DNA of 47,529 bases from Octopus sinensis. Taxonomy: Eukaryota. The translations under genes and the position numbers were made by a program. Below the pieces are notes generated by a model. The model did not search any database, was not told the origin of the DNA, and worked only from the letters and a program-made list of their open reading frames with translations. Shown here piece after piece: positions 12,471-25,391 of this stretch. Position 1 is the stretch's first letter, and each line of letters opens with the position of its first letter. The DNA is taken from the NCBI RefSeq assembly GCF_006345805.1, contig NW_021826247.1, positions 1 to 47,529 of the forward strand. The letters are read 5' to 3'.

Positions 12471-12723
12471 CTGCATAGGGAGGGAATCACTATATAGACC
12501 AAACAGGAATGTCACTCCGACGAGAAACAGCTCTTCACAAAGAACAAATCCGCTACCCACAATATAGACAGATACATGTCAGTGAGCACAGAGAAATATG
12601 TGCTACAACCTTAAACCAAACTTCCAAATTTTCTCTTTCTATGAATGTTCACAGAGCACCTCAGTGCTGCAAAGATTAAATAAAGAGGTGACTTTCATTA
12701 ATGGATATCATCCACAAATTAAT
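12471..12723 (+). pseudogene. Penelope-like element GIY-YIG endonuclease remnant
   Basis: The frame from 12488 gives HYIDQTGMSLRRETALHKEQIRYPQYRQIHVSEH (cf. YIGQTGRSL..R..EH). After a frameshift it gives KEVTFINGYHPQIN (cf. KE..FI....P.LN), the C-terminal motif of the PLE GIY-YIG domain. Confidence 0.75.
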
Positions 12724-12957
12724 ACAGGACACTGTATAAGTTGTGTGTTCACGACATGAATACACAACTTAATACAGGACACTACAAACCTTACCAGTAG
12801 CAATAATCCCGCTAAACTCCATACATCCCATACACCATTCATATTCAAGTATTTATATGTACCTTAAGTGCATCACTTGCAGAACGGCTTCCTCCCTTGC
12901 ATGTATTCTTTTCAATCAGGTACTATTACACTCAACACCGTTTGGAAATCGGTGATC

Positions 12958-13004
12958 ATTCAAAGTCAGTGATCAGCTCTGCCGAAACCGGTATGACTTT
13001 GAAT
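12958..13004 (+). ncRNA. Minimal type I hammerhead ribozyme fossil
   Basis: Perfect 11-bp stem I (ATTCAAAGTCA / TGACTTTGAAT). Core GTGATCA differs by 2 substitutions from CTGATGA. Short stem II, then GAAA, palindromic stem III ACCGGT and a GTA cleavage triplet. Confidence 0.75.
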
Positions 13005-13419
13005 CTCTACAATGATTCATAATAATGATATTCATACTTCATAATTCCATCTCAAATTATCTACTTATATGTATAAATATATCTTTAATTTTCTTTTAAA
13101 AGCCTATATTTTTTATACCTAATGTGCATTTTCGTTGTTTACTTTTTAATCTATTGGTATATCTTTCGAATCTATTTATCACACTATCTTTACGTCGCCT
13201 CTATACTCCCTCCCCCTCTCCTTCCCCTCAATTTATTTGTATGTATGTTTGAATATATTAAGTTGTATGCGAAACAACATTATTTGTTTGAAGCCGTATC
13301 CAGCATGTCCTATTGCATTTGGACGTGAGAAAACCCTTTGCTACTGAAATAGACCTGCTAGTCTCAATATACTCAGATGTTGTTAGATATGATTTTAGAC
13401 CATTATTCATGCATCCCTG

Positions 13420-13485
13420 CATCCCTGCATCCCTCCCTCCATCCATCCATCTATGTATAGGTTGATGTACCCACATGTCTGAATG

Positions 13486-13526
<41 letters not shown>

Positions 13527-13642
13527 GCATTCAGACATATATGTATAAAGATATATATACACACATACATACGTATACGTATGTATGCCACACACATATA
13601 TACATACATATATACATGTACATATGTGAACATAACATATGC

Positions 13643-13674
<32 letters not shown>

Positions 13675-13900
13675 GTATATATATATGAATATGTATATAT
13701 GCATATATACATATATATATATGTATATATGTATCTAGCTATCAACCTATATATATATATATAAATATATATGTATACATACGTTTATGTGTATACAAGT
13801 ACACGCACACTCACAGAGACATACGCTTACACGCACACTCATACACACACTCAAAAACACACAAGCACAAACTCACACATACACACACATCATCGACATT
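13420..13900. repeat. (CCAT)n/(TA)n/(CA)n microsatellite block
   Basis: Direct reading. Confidence 0.9.
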
Positions 13901-14434
13901 CCTAAACACAAATCACAATGTTCAACGTGTCATATGACAGCAACACAAAACGTCTAGTGAGATAGTCAAGATCCATTTATAACATCTACGTCATAAAGCC
14001 GGCAAATATACTTGCTATGCCTCCCAAATCTATCAGAGGTTATCACCCCAATACTAATATTTTCCGATAAGGCTACGTATATTTGAAGCTTATTAATATT
14101 TTATAGCCATTAAATAGACTTCCACCGAGGAAAACTCTGGTTAATCTTTTTTGATTGCAGTTCCGTATAGATTTAACATACTTAGACGTATGCGAGGTTT
14201 TTATGAGAATGCACGCTTGTGTGTATGTCTGTGTGCGTGTGTGTGTGTGTGTGTTTATATGTATATCTGCATGTATGCATATATTTATATATATATACAT
14301 ATATGTAGTGCCATATCTGTATATAATTGCATATAAAGGTATCTAAATGTACATGATTCTAAATTATATATACATCACAAACAAGCATACCACAAACACA
14401 TCCTTGTACAGCAAATTTGCCGTTCGTCTTGATC

Positions 14435-14875
<441 letters not shown>

Positions 14876-15149
14876 CATATGAACTGTATTTTCTACTGAA
14901 AATGATAGAAACGCCTGGAATAGTGCAACTGAGTTTTGCGTTGCGCTCCACTTAAATGTTTGCCATGAAGAATTGGTAACGGAGTAATCTGAGTAATGGT
15001 TCGCGAATCTCCAACAAACAAAATGCAATCTCTATTTAATATATTGAGTACTTTTGCTGGCCTTGTACCAAAACTCGAAACCAATATATTTAGTACATTC
15101 CAGATGCTCTCTGGCAACAACTCTCTCATCAGATGATATACACACTTAT

Positions 15150-15215
15150 TCGCTCAAACACACGCACAAATATATATACACTCGCACGCATCTACATACA
15201 CACATACACACACAC

Positions 15216-15246
<31 letters not shown>

Positions 15247-15314
15247 AATCAATGTACATCGATATAAGAGTTTCACTGTGTATGCTTGTATATATATATG
15301 TATATATATATATG

Positions 15315-15345
<31 letters not shown>

Positions 15346-15474
15346 TAAATCAATGTACATCGATATATGTGTGTCTTTTTTGTGTATGTTTCGTATATAT
15401 ATAATATATATATATACTACATATATATATATATGCACATAATATATATAGATATATACATATGCATATGTATG

Positions 15475-15517
<43 letters not shown>

Positions 15518-15548
15518 CATATATGCATATATACATCCACCACCCCTC

Positions 15549-15579
<31 letters not shown>

Positions 15580-15590
15580 CATACGCCTGC
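15150..15590. repeat. (CA)n/(TA)n block
   Basis: Direct reading. Confidence 0.9.
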
Positions 15591-15732
15591 ATACAGTAAT
15601 GAGCGTATATGGTCGTATGCCTGTACGTTACGTACCAACATCGAAAACGATTTCTGACTCGACTGAAATTCCAGTAAACGAATATTTATTTGGTACTTCA
15701 GTGATCCAAGTGAAACTAACGTACCGTTGTCG

Positions 15733-15764
<32 letters not shown>

Positions 15765-16119
15765 GCTGTTGCTGTTGGTAGAGCTGTTGGTAGCGTTTCT
15801 CTTGTATATGTCGTTACTGCTTTTGCCGCTGCAGCAGTGGTTGTTGTTGTTGTTGTTGTTGCTGTTGCATCTGTTGTTGTCACCGATGGCGTCGGCGCCG
15901 TTAGATGTATGGAATTAATTTTAAATATATATTGAAATAGGGCATTGTGGTAAGGAATGGAGAATATAGTAAAAGAGAATTGGTTCTCTGGAATGGGAAT
16001 GAGAGGGTGTGGGAGATTTGTAGTTCGTTGGTCTGCTAGCAGAATATTTGCATATTATTGAAGGAATGTCAGTATTATACGCGGTTGTATATGAAATATA
16101 TTTCAATATAAATAAGCAC

Positions 16120-16402
16120 CCATATATAATATAATTATATGTAATATATGTACATATATATACATATATATATGAGTGTATATATATGTGTATATGAATA
16201 TGTATATGTATAATATATATATGTATATGTATATAAATGTATGTATATATATATATGTATAAATATTTATATACATATATATATACATATATGTATGTAT
16301 ATATATAATATCATATAATGTAATATATGTAGAGGTATATACATATATATATATATATATATGTGTATACATATATATACATATATATGTATATATATAT
16401 GG

Positions 16403-16434
<32 letters not shown>

Positions 16435-16500
16435 GTATATGTTTGTATATGTAGATTTACATATATGTAAGACGTTGTGTCTATATATCTAAATATATGT
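16120..16500. repeat. (TA)n/(TATG)n block
   Basis: Direct reading. Confidence 0.9.
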
Positions 16501-16706
16501 GTATATTGGGGTGGAATGAATGTGTGTGCGTATGTGGTTGTATGGCAATGTGTATATACTTATGTGCGGTCTTTTATACGCAGATTCATCTGATCAATGC
16601 TGCTAAGAATTTTTAAAAAATGTGTACGCCAAGCTTATATAAGCATATTTCCGTTTCTCTTACACCCCCCATGCACACACACAGACACGTGCCATATATT
16701 CATAAT

Positions 16707-16737
<31 letters not shown>

Positions 16738-16783
16738 TCACAGCTAAAATTATATGCACACATACGTATAACGCGTACATTCC

Positions 16784-16828
<45 letters not shown>

Positions 16829-17042
16829 GTGTGTGTGTGTGTCTGTGTGTGCGTGTATTTCTTGTACGTATATGAATGTACTTATACGCATTTATATAGA
16901 TGTCTATGTATACGTATAGGTATATAGATATATATATATATATATAATATATATAATATATATTATATATATATATATACGTACTTATGTATTATGTATG
17001 CATACACATACACACAAATATATATACACATACATAAATACA

Positions 17043-17082
<40 letters not shown>

Positions 17083-17449
17083 GAAAATTTTATTCAGCCG
17101 TTCCATATATCCATAATTTTCAACTTTATCGAAATATTGATTTTTTTCAGGTAATCGCTAGCTTTGCAATTAAGAGAATCGCCACCACCTCCAACACCAC
17201 CATCACCGCCACCACCACCACCTCCATCACCGCAACTCTCGACATCACACCGATATTACTACCACCGTCACCAACACCTGTATGCTCACCACTTCCGTCA
17301 TAGTGCTGTCGCTCCTACCACGGCTATCGCCATCATTACAGTCGTCACTAACGCCGACACGTTGGTAAATACCACCTTCAGTATTCCCTAACATCACTTC
17401 GGCCTCAACGACAACAACATCAACAATAATTCGAATAATGATAATAATG

Positions 17450-17482
<33 letters not shown>

Positions 17483-17690
17483 TAATAATAATAATAATAA
17501 TAATATTAATAATAATAATGATAAAAATAATCATGATGATGCTGATGATACTACTACTAATAATAATAATGATATTGATGATGATCTAATAATAATAATA
17601 ATAATGATAATGATGATGATAATGATAATAATAGTAGTAGTAGTAGTAGTAATAATAATAATAATAATAATAATAATATAATAATAATAA

Positions 17691-18185
17691 TGTTATCATG
17701 TACATTGTTTTGTCTTGGTATAAAAGATGGGCTACAGCAAATATTCTGCTCAATACCACAGATTTGCTTGTCAGTTGTTTGACCTTAACAGTTGAGCATG
17801 TTCCCTTAGTGGCTGACGATATGTGCATCTCTGATCACGAGCAAAGTAGTGGGGGAGCATCAATCATAGCCATGTTTGAGATGGATTCTTTGGGGTTTGA
17901 ATAGTTCACCTCTGGAAACATGGGTGGTTCTTTCAACATCCTTAAACAACCCTTATTCAGGGACCGTTTGAGCGGGAGGGTACTCAACCTGAGAAAATTC
18001 TAACTGGGCCCCACCTGCAAGGTCCATGTGCTGTTTATCTTGATATGAGATCACATGTCGCGCCACATATGGTTGTGATGCATGTGGCTGGTGTACCTTT
18101 ATCAACGGGTAGTCATGATGGGTATTTGGGCTTCATATATTTTACCCCCAGTGTCACTTTGATGGCATGAACCGCTCTCTCACTC
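17691..18185 (+). mobile_element. Family D copy, left-truncated
   Basis: Aligns to about 7208-7700; (AAT)n on both sides; same right end CTCTCACT. Confidence 0.8.
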
Positions 18186-18344
18186 ATAATAATAATAATA
18201 ATAATATAATAATAATAATATTATTAATTATTATTATATTATTATTATTATTATTATAAGGGTATGATGATGATAATGATAATCATAATAATAATAATAA
18301 TAATGAGAATAATAGTAATAATAATAAGAAGAAGAATAGCAATA

Positions 18345-19045
18345 ATGCGCAAACGGTAGCCTAAAACGCGTTAATGAAAAGTAAATTATAGCCGCTCGGA
18401 AATAAGCTATTGGAACAAATTTTGTAAAGGCAAACTAATTCAGAGAACCTGCAGCAATGGAATCGAATGTATGAATCATATCTTATGCGAATGCAGTATA
18501 ATAGCACAAAAAGAGTATAAGCGCAAGCAAGAATGTGTAGGTGATAGAGTACAGTGGGATGTATGCCGAGCGTGGGATTAAATGTATAACAGAAACGAAG
18601 TATGAACACAAACTAGAAGCTTTAATGGAAAATGAGAATGGCAGAATTTTACTACTGAAACAAAGAAGACCGTATATGATAATAGAAAATAAAATAAACA
18701 CAATGTGATTACTGACTTCGCAATACCATTTGATAACGGAGTGGATACAAAAGATATTGAGTAATTTGAGGAAAAAAAGGAAAGGGTCAGAGAAATAAAC
18801 CGAGTCGGAAGACTAAGACATCGATTGTTCTTCTACTAATTAGTGAACCTCGAAGAATAAACAATTTGCTACCAAAGCATTTGAAGGATATTGAAACTGA
18901 GATTTACAAGCATTATCACTTTCCATAAATGTGCCATTCCATATTCTACAAGTATCCTAAAAAACGTTCCCGAGGTTAGAGGAGATTTTTTTGTCAACAA
19001 AACTAAAAGAATATATCCTAACTAAAGCAGAATGCACTGGTATAA
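18345..19045 (+). mobile_element. 3' remnant of an R4/Dong-like (restriction-like endonuclease) non-LTR retrotransposon
   Basis: Frameshifted translations give CSNGIECMNHILCECSIIAQKEYKRKQ..VQWDVC (CCHC knuckle and following motif), RRPY (cf. RPD), DFAIPFD and TSILKNV (cf. TARILRKVL). Lies between (AAT)n and (GAT)n tracts. Confidence 0.75.
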
Positions 19046-19149
19046 TGATGATGATGATGATGATGATGATGAGGATGATGATGATGATGTAGTTTATGAC
19101 ACCTGTTACTGCTGCTGCTGCTGTTGCTAGTGATACAGACTAGCTACCA

Positions 19150-19298
19150 TGGTGTCTTTGTATAAGAGATGGGCTACAGCAAATATTCTGCTCAATACCA
19201 CAGATTTGCTTGTTAGTTGTTTGACCTTAACCAGTTGAGCATGTCCCTTAGTGGCTGACGATATGTGCATCTCTGATCACGAGCAGAAGTAGTGGGGG
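19150..19298 (+). mobile_element. Family D internal fragment
   Basis: GATGGGCTACAGCAAATATTCTGCTCAATACCACAGATTTGC..GAGCAGAAGTAGTGGGGG is near-identical to the other D copies. Confidence 0.8.
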
Positions 19299-19753
19299 AA
19301 ATACACTAGAGGGCAGCACTTTTCTCTCTACCCTTAAAATATTCTCGAATTGCTTTTTGAAGTTATTGATGAGAGTTCGCCAGAGAGAAAAATGTCTCCA
19401 AACATTTTCAGAAACTTCTTCCATAGAACTTATTTTGCCAAAGTCAGTTAGCAGAGAAAAATATGCCTCACTTTCTGAAAGGAAGGAGCCGCCACTAACA
19501 TCAGTTCAAACTTGGTGGCGTGACAGCAACTGTTCGACACATGTACACCAGTCGTTAATGCACTTATATGGAAGGATGGGAAGCTAAACGGTCTTGTATC
19601 CTTACAGACATATAGGACAAGTTTGTCTGTTGGTGCTTAATGACTAAAGCGTTTGTCTGGAACAGATAATGTTCCAGCAACAATATGACACTTCCATCTT
19701 AAAGAGTTTCCGAAGATATTTACGTGAAATTTCCGTTTAATTGACAACACAAT

Positions 19754-20164
19754 CTCTTTTACTCTTTTATTTGTTTCAGTAATTTGACTGCGGCCATGCT
19801 AGAGCACAGCCTTTAGTCAAGCAAATCGACCCCAGAACTTATTCTTTGTAAGCCTACTACTTATTTTATCGGTCACTTTAGCCGAACCGCTAAGTTACGG
19901 GGACGTAAGCACACCAGCATTGGTTGTCAAGCGATGTTGGGGGGACAAACTCAGACACACAAACGCACACACGCATATATATATATATATATATACACAT
20001 ATATATATGATGGGCTTCTTTCATTTTCCGTCTACCAAATCAACTCACAAGGCTTTGGTCGGCTCGAGGTTATAGTAGAAGACACTTGCCCAAGATGCCA
20101 GGCAGTGGGACTGAACCCGGAACCATGTTGTTGGTAAGCAACCTACTTACCACACAGTCACTCC
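19754..20164 (-). mobile_element. SINE family A, full length
   Basis: Reverse complement of head (GGAGTGACTGTGTGGTAAG..GGGTTCAGTCCC), microsatellite and tail ending AAAAGAGTAAAAGAG. Confidence 0.9.
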
Positions 20165-20715
20165 TGCGCCTGTTCCCGTTGATGGATCATTCAGGTTCAT
20201 AGACATATATAAATATATATACCGGAGTAAACACATAAATGTGAAACAAGTTGGAAAAAAAGAGTACTGAAATACCAGGGGTAGAGTAATATGCTTTATT
20301 TAAAAGCAGCTGAAATTCAACAAAACCTGTTACTCGGAGTATCATGTTCCCGTTCCCGAGGTTATAAAGTATATATATATATATATATTTATGTATGTAT
20401 GTATATACATATGTACTCACAACACGCAAATATCTATATCTGTGTGTGTGTGTGTGCGTGGCTCAACTGCAAAAATTGTAGCGTGTTATGCAATGTCAAT
20501 GCATGAATTACCTTGAATATTAAATGATAAAAATAACAACAAATATATAATCAACAACAATAGATGCAGCAACAAGTAAAAATAAAAGCAATGTTTTGAA
20601 CAATTTTTAAAAAAGAAACAAAAAACTATGGAAGACAATGCACAACGTCCGGCATTAAAGTGTGTTGAACAGAGTCAAGACGTCCCCATCACCATCACCA
20701 TCATAACGAGAAAAT

Positions 20716-20718
20716 GAA

Positions 20719-20750
<32 letters not shown>

Positions 20751-20965
20751 AGAAAGAAGAAGAAAAGAAGAAGAAGAAGAAGAAGAAGAAAAAGAACAAG
20801 ACAAATGAGAATAAAAAAGAAGGAGAGGAGGAGGAAGAAGAAAAGAAGAATGAGAATAAAGAAGAAGAAGGAGAGGACGAGGAAGAAGAAGAAAAGAAAA
20901 GAAGAAGTGGAGGAGGAGGAAGAAGAAGAAGAGCGCGAAAATGTAGAAGAATGAGAAGAGAGAAG

Positions 20966-20996
<31 letters not shown>

Positions 20997-21203
20997 GGAG
21001 GAGGAGAGGAGGAAGAAGAACAAGAAGAATGAGAATAAAAAAGAAGAAGGAGAGGAGGAGGAAAGAAGATAAGAAGAAGGAGAATAAATAAGAAGAAGGA
21101 GAGGACGAGTGAAGAAGAAGAAAAGAAAAAGAAGTGGAGGAGGAGGAAGAAGGAGAAGAGCGCGAAAATGTAGAAGAATGAGAAGAGGAAGAAGAAGAAG
21201 AAG

Positions 21204-21234
<31 letters not shown>

Positions 21235-21255
21235 GGAGGAGAGGAGGAAGAAGAA
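20716..21255. repeat. (GAA)n/(GGA)n polypurine tract with an internal ~227-bp duplication
   Basis: GAGCGCGAAAATGTAGAAGAATGAGAAGAG occurs at 20931 and 21158. Confidence 0.92.
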
Positions 21256-21567
21256 CAGCCACAACAACAACAACAGAAACGATAATAACAAATATGACAG
21301 CAAAAAGAGAGAGAACAGCAAAGGCTGCAGTGATAGCAAGTGTTACAATAGGAATAACGTCGCAATATTTGAATCGTGCCATATTTGAATTAAGATAAAG
21401 CTGAGAATTATAAAGAAAATAGGCAAACCAACAATAACAACAACACAAAACAACAACAGAAAACAACAACAGAAAACAAACGATGATGAGGTTAACAGTG
21501 GCAACAACAATATGAGAACCGGGTGCAAATTATAAATTACGATATACTTTACTTTTTTTTTTTCTTT

Positions 21568-21701
21568 TTTACTTGTTTCAGTCATTAGACTGTGGCCATG
21601 CTGGAGCACCGCCTTTTAGTCGAGCAAATCGACCCCGGGACTTATTCTTTGTAAGCCCAGCACTTATTCTATCGGTCTCTTTTTGCCGAACCGCTAAGTG
21701 A
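21568..21701 (-). mobile_element. SINE family A tail fragment
   Basis: Reverse complement of the tail from TCACTTAGCGG to GAAACAAGTAAA. Confidence 0.88.
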
Positions 21702-21884
21702 TGGTAAATAACAACAACAACAACAAAAACAGCGAGAAATAAAAAAGAATTCTATGTCAGGACTATGGAGGTTCTGAAGAATATATACATGTATGTGAGT
21801 GTCTGTGTATATGTGTATGTATGTATACATGCATGTAGTATGAATATATATATATATATATGTGTGTGTGTGTTTCTGTGTCTG

Positions 21885-22078
21885 TGTTTGTCCCCGGAGC
21901 ATTGCTTGACAACCGATGCTGGTGTGTTTACGTACCCGTCACTTAGCGGTTCGGCAAAAAAAAACCGATAGAATAAGTACTGGGCTTACAAAGAATAAGT
22001 CCGCGGGTCGATTTGCTCGACTAAAGGCGGTGCTCCAGCATGGTCACAGTCAAATGATTGAAACAAGTAAAAGAGAGA
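21885..22078 (+). mobile_element. SINE family A tail module
   Basis: Complete tail beginning at a (TG)n tract. Confidence 0.88.
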
Positions 22079-22087
22079 GAAAAGAGA

Positions 22088-22134
<47 letters not shown>

Positions 22135-22137
<3 letters not shown>

Positions 22138-22325
22138 CTGTTTATCATCCCCCACCATCATTTGACAACCGATGTTGGTGTGTTTACGTCCCCGTTACAT
22201 TGCGGTTCGGCCAAAGAACTCATAGAATAAGTACTAGGCTTACAAAGAATAAGTGCTGGGGTTGATTTTTTCGAGTAAAGGCCGTACTACAGCATGGCCA
22301 CACTCAAGTGACTGAAATAAGATTA
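22135..22325 (+). mobile_element. SINE family A tail module, more diverged
   Basis: Tail beginning at a (TA)n tract. Confidence 0.8.
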
Positions 22326-22342
22326 AAAAATATATATACATT

Positions 22343-22728
22343 GGAGTGGCTGTGTGGTAAGTAGTTTGTTTACCAACCACATGGTTCTGGGTTCAGTCCC
22401 ACTGCGTGGCACCTTGGGCAACTGTCTTCTACTATGGCCTCGGGCCAACCAATGTCTTGTGAGTGGATTTGGTAGACGGAAACTGAAAGAAGCCCGTCGT
22501 ATATATGTATATATATATATGCGTGTGTGTGTTTGTCCCTCTAGCATTGCTTGACAACCGATGCTGGTGTGCTTATGTCCCCGTTACTTAGCGGTTCGGC
22601 AAAAGAGACGGATAGAATAAGTACTAGGCTTACAAAAGAATAAGTCCCGGGGTCGAGTGGCTCGATTAGAGGCGGTGCTCCAGCATGGCCGCAGTCAAAT
22701 GACTGAAACAAGTAAAAGAGTAAAAGAG
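22343..22728 (+). mobile_element. SINE family A, full-length reference copy
   Basis: A-box-like TGGCTGTGTGG, B-box-like GGTTCAGTCCC, short internal (TA)n(TG)n, tail ending (TAAAAGAG)2. Confidence 0.9.
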
Positions 22729-22760
<32 letters not shown>

Positions 22761-22859
22761 TATGCACAGACACACAAGTACACAAACACACACACATACA
22801 TACATGCAGTCCCACACAAGGAATATATATACACACCTGTATCACCCACACGCCTTCCA

Positions 22860-23378
22860 CGTTAAGAATGTGTATATGTATGGGTGTGTGTATGTTTATG
22901 TGTCTTTATTAGAATGTATAAACGTATATCAACATACGCATACGTGAATTCATAGCGTCACACACAGATACACATAAACACATCCACATACACGCATATG
23001 TATATTATATACATATATACATAATATATATGGCATAAACATAGCATTGTCACGCACACACACAAATATGTATATCCACACATATGCACATGCGAATATA
23101 GCAAAACGCAACTAACATCCACACAAGACCACATCCTTATTTCTTTCTCTAAGCCAAGTATCATACTTAAACAATATGGCCCCTATCTCTATTGAAGTTC
23201 GCCTTAGCATCTTGAAAAATCTATCAAGGGCTTTTACGAAACACGGCTCAGACACACGCACGAATAACGTACAGTGCTCACCATATGCAATATATATATA
23301 TATATATATATATTATACACAAAAACACACACACATAGTATAAAAACACATATAATATAAAAAACATACGCATATGCA

Positions 23379-23419
<41 letters not shown>

Positions 23420-24002
23420 AATTGTACATGCATGTGTGTGAATATATACATATAGTATATAAATATATATTCATATATATACACACACACACACACATAC
23501 ACACACACACATATATATATATATATGCATCAATTGTGTAACACATGCGCATACGGACATACGTAGCGACACACACACGGTGTTAAACAAGCACACATCA
23601 TATATATATATATAATATATATATATATATACACTCACACATATATATATACATACATATATATATAATATATATATATATATACATGCTTATATACATA
23701 TTTGCATACATGTATACGTACATACATATATACATATACACACACACACAAACACACACACACACACACCACACACACACACATATATATATATATTACA
23801 GTATACTACAAGGCACGTGCCTACACACATACGTACACTCATAATACATATCACATACTCACGTATCATATAATTCAAATACACACACAATATTCATTAA
23901 ACACACACGCAGATTATATTATACGATATGTGTATACATATGTTTGTACGCCTGTGTGTGTGTGAGCGTTTGTGTCCATGTGTTTGTATGCGTGTATGTG
24001 TG

Positions 24003-24040
<38 letters not shown>
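22860..24040. repeat. Extended (CA)n/(TA)n/(TG)n low-complexity block
   Basis: Direct reading. Confidence 0.85.
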
Positions 24041-24041
<1 letters not shown>

Positions 24042-24169
24042 CTTTATTGATTAAGCGTTGCCACTGTTGACTCACAAATCCTTTGTTTACATTATCTTCA
24101 AAGGCAGCATAGGGTACGCAAGGTATTCAAAGCTTTAAACGAGCTTCGAAAATGAACGCCATTGTTAGC

Positions 24170-24518
24170 ATAGCAGCTTATTGTTGTTGTTGTGGTTGGT
24201 GTCGTTGTTGGCATTGTTCTTGCCGCTGTTGATATTGTTGACGTAATCTTTGTAGTCGTTGTTTGTTGTTTGTTGTTCTTGTTGTTGTTGTTGTTGCGTT
24301 TGCTATTGATGCTGTTGTCAATGTTGATCTTATTCTTCTACTTGATATTGTTGCTGTCAGTGTTTACATTATTCATGTTGTTGTTGTTGTTATTGATGTT
24401 GCTATTGTTGCTGTTGTTGATGCTATTGTCTTTGCTGCTCTTGATATCATTATCGTCATTATTATTATTATTATTATTATTATTAATATTATTATTATTA
24501 TTATTATTAATATTATTA

Positions 24519-24612
<94 letters not shown>

Positions 24613-24653
24613 CATTATTATCATCATCAACATAATCATCATCATCATTATTA

Positions 24654-24714
<61 letters not shown>

Positions 24715-24720
24715 TTTATC
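24170..24720. repeat. Decayed (GTT)n followed by an (ATT)n/(ATC)n tract
   Basis: Direct reading. Confidence 0.92.
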
Positions 24721-24721
24721 A

Positions 24722-25288
24722 TGGCAGAAACGTTAGCACGCCGGGCGAAATGATTAGCGGTATTTCGTCTGCGTTACGTTGTGAGTTCAAATTCCGCCGA
24801 GGCCGACTTTGCCTTTCATCCTTTCGGGGTCGATAAATTAAGTACCAGTTACGCACTGGGGTCGATGTAATCGACTTAATACCCATGTCCGTCCTTGTTT
24901 GTCCCCTCTGTGTTTAGCCCCTTGTGGATAATAAAGAAATAAGTATTTCGTCTGCCGCTACGTTCTGAGTTCAAATTCCGCCGAGGTCGACTTTGCCTTT
25001 TATCTTTTCGGGGTCGATTAAATAAGTACCTGTTACGGAGTCGATATAATCGACTTAATCTGTTTGTCTGTCCTTGTTTGTCCTCTCTGTGTTTAGCCCC
25101 TTGTGGGTAGTAAAGAAACAGGTATTTCGTCTGTCTTTACGTTCTGAGTGCAAATTCCGCTGAAGTCGACCTTGCCTTTCATTATTTCGGGCTCGATAAA
25201 TTAAGTACCAGTTGCGTACTGGGATCGATCTATTCGACTGGCCCCCTCCCTCAAAATTTCGGGGCTTGTGTTTAGAGTAGTTAAGAAT
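24722..25288 (+). mobile_element. SINE family E with three tandem body units
   Basis: Head TGGCAGAAACGTTAGCACGCCGGG. Units start GTATTTCGTCTG at 24760, 24943 and 25122. The last unit ends in a different tail (CCCCCTCCCTCAAAATTTC..). Confidence 0.88.
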
Positions 25289-25391
25289 CTGATGGAGTAG
25301 ACGGTGACTAACCTAATGTAACTAAAACTTTCCTTCCTTTCTTTTCTTTTCACATACATATCTTCAAACTTGACTAATTATCTATTTACTT

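Noticed and set aside
14893-15129. Minus ORF containing ILFVGDSR, resembling an SGNH/GDS esterase motif
   Set aside because: Short motif only, no convincing splice sites, and all three frames are open locally. A profile search would be needed.
15725-15905. Thr-rich mucin-like exon on the minus strand ending at CG|GTACGT
   Set aside because: Decayed (CAA)n repeat with no acceptor upstream.
17151-17391. Pro/Thr-rich plus-strand exon after TTTTTTTCAG
   Set aside because: Decayed (ACC)n/(CAT)n repeat grading into (AAT)n.
20714-21091. Lys/Glu/Arg-rich 125-aa ORF
   Set aside because: Translation of a (GAA)n/(GGA)n tract.
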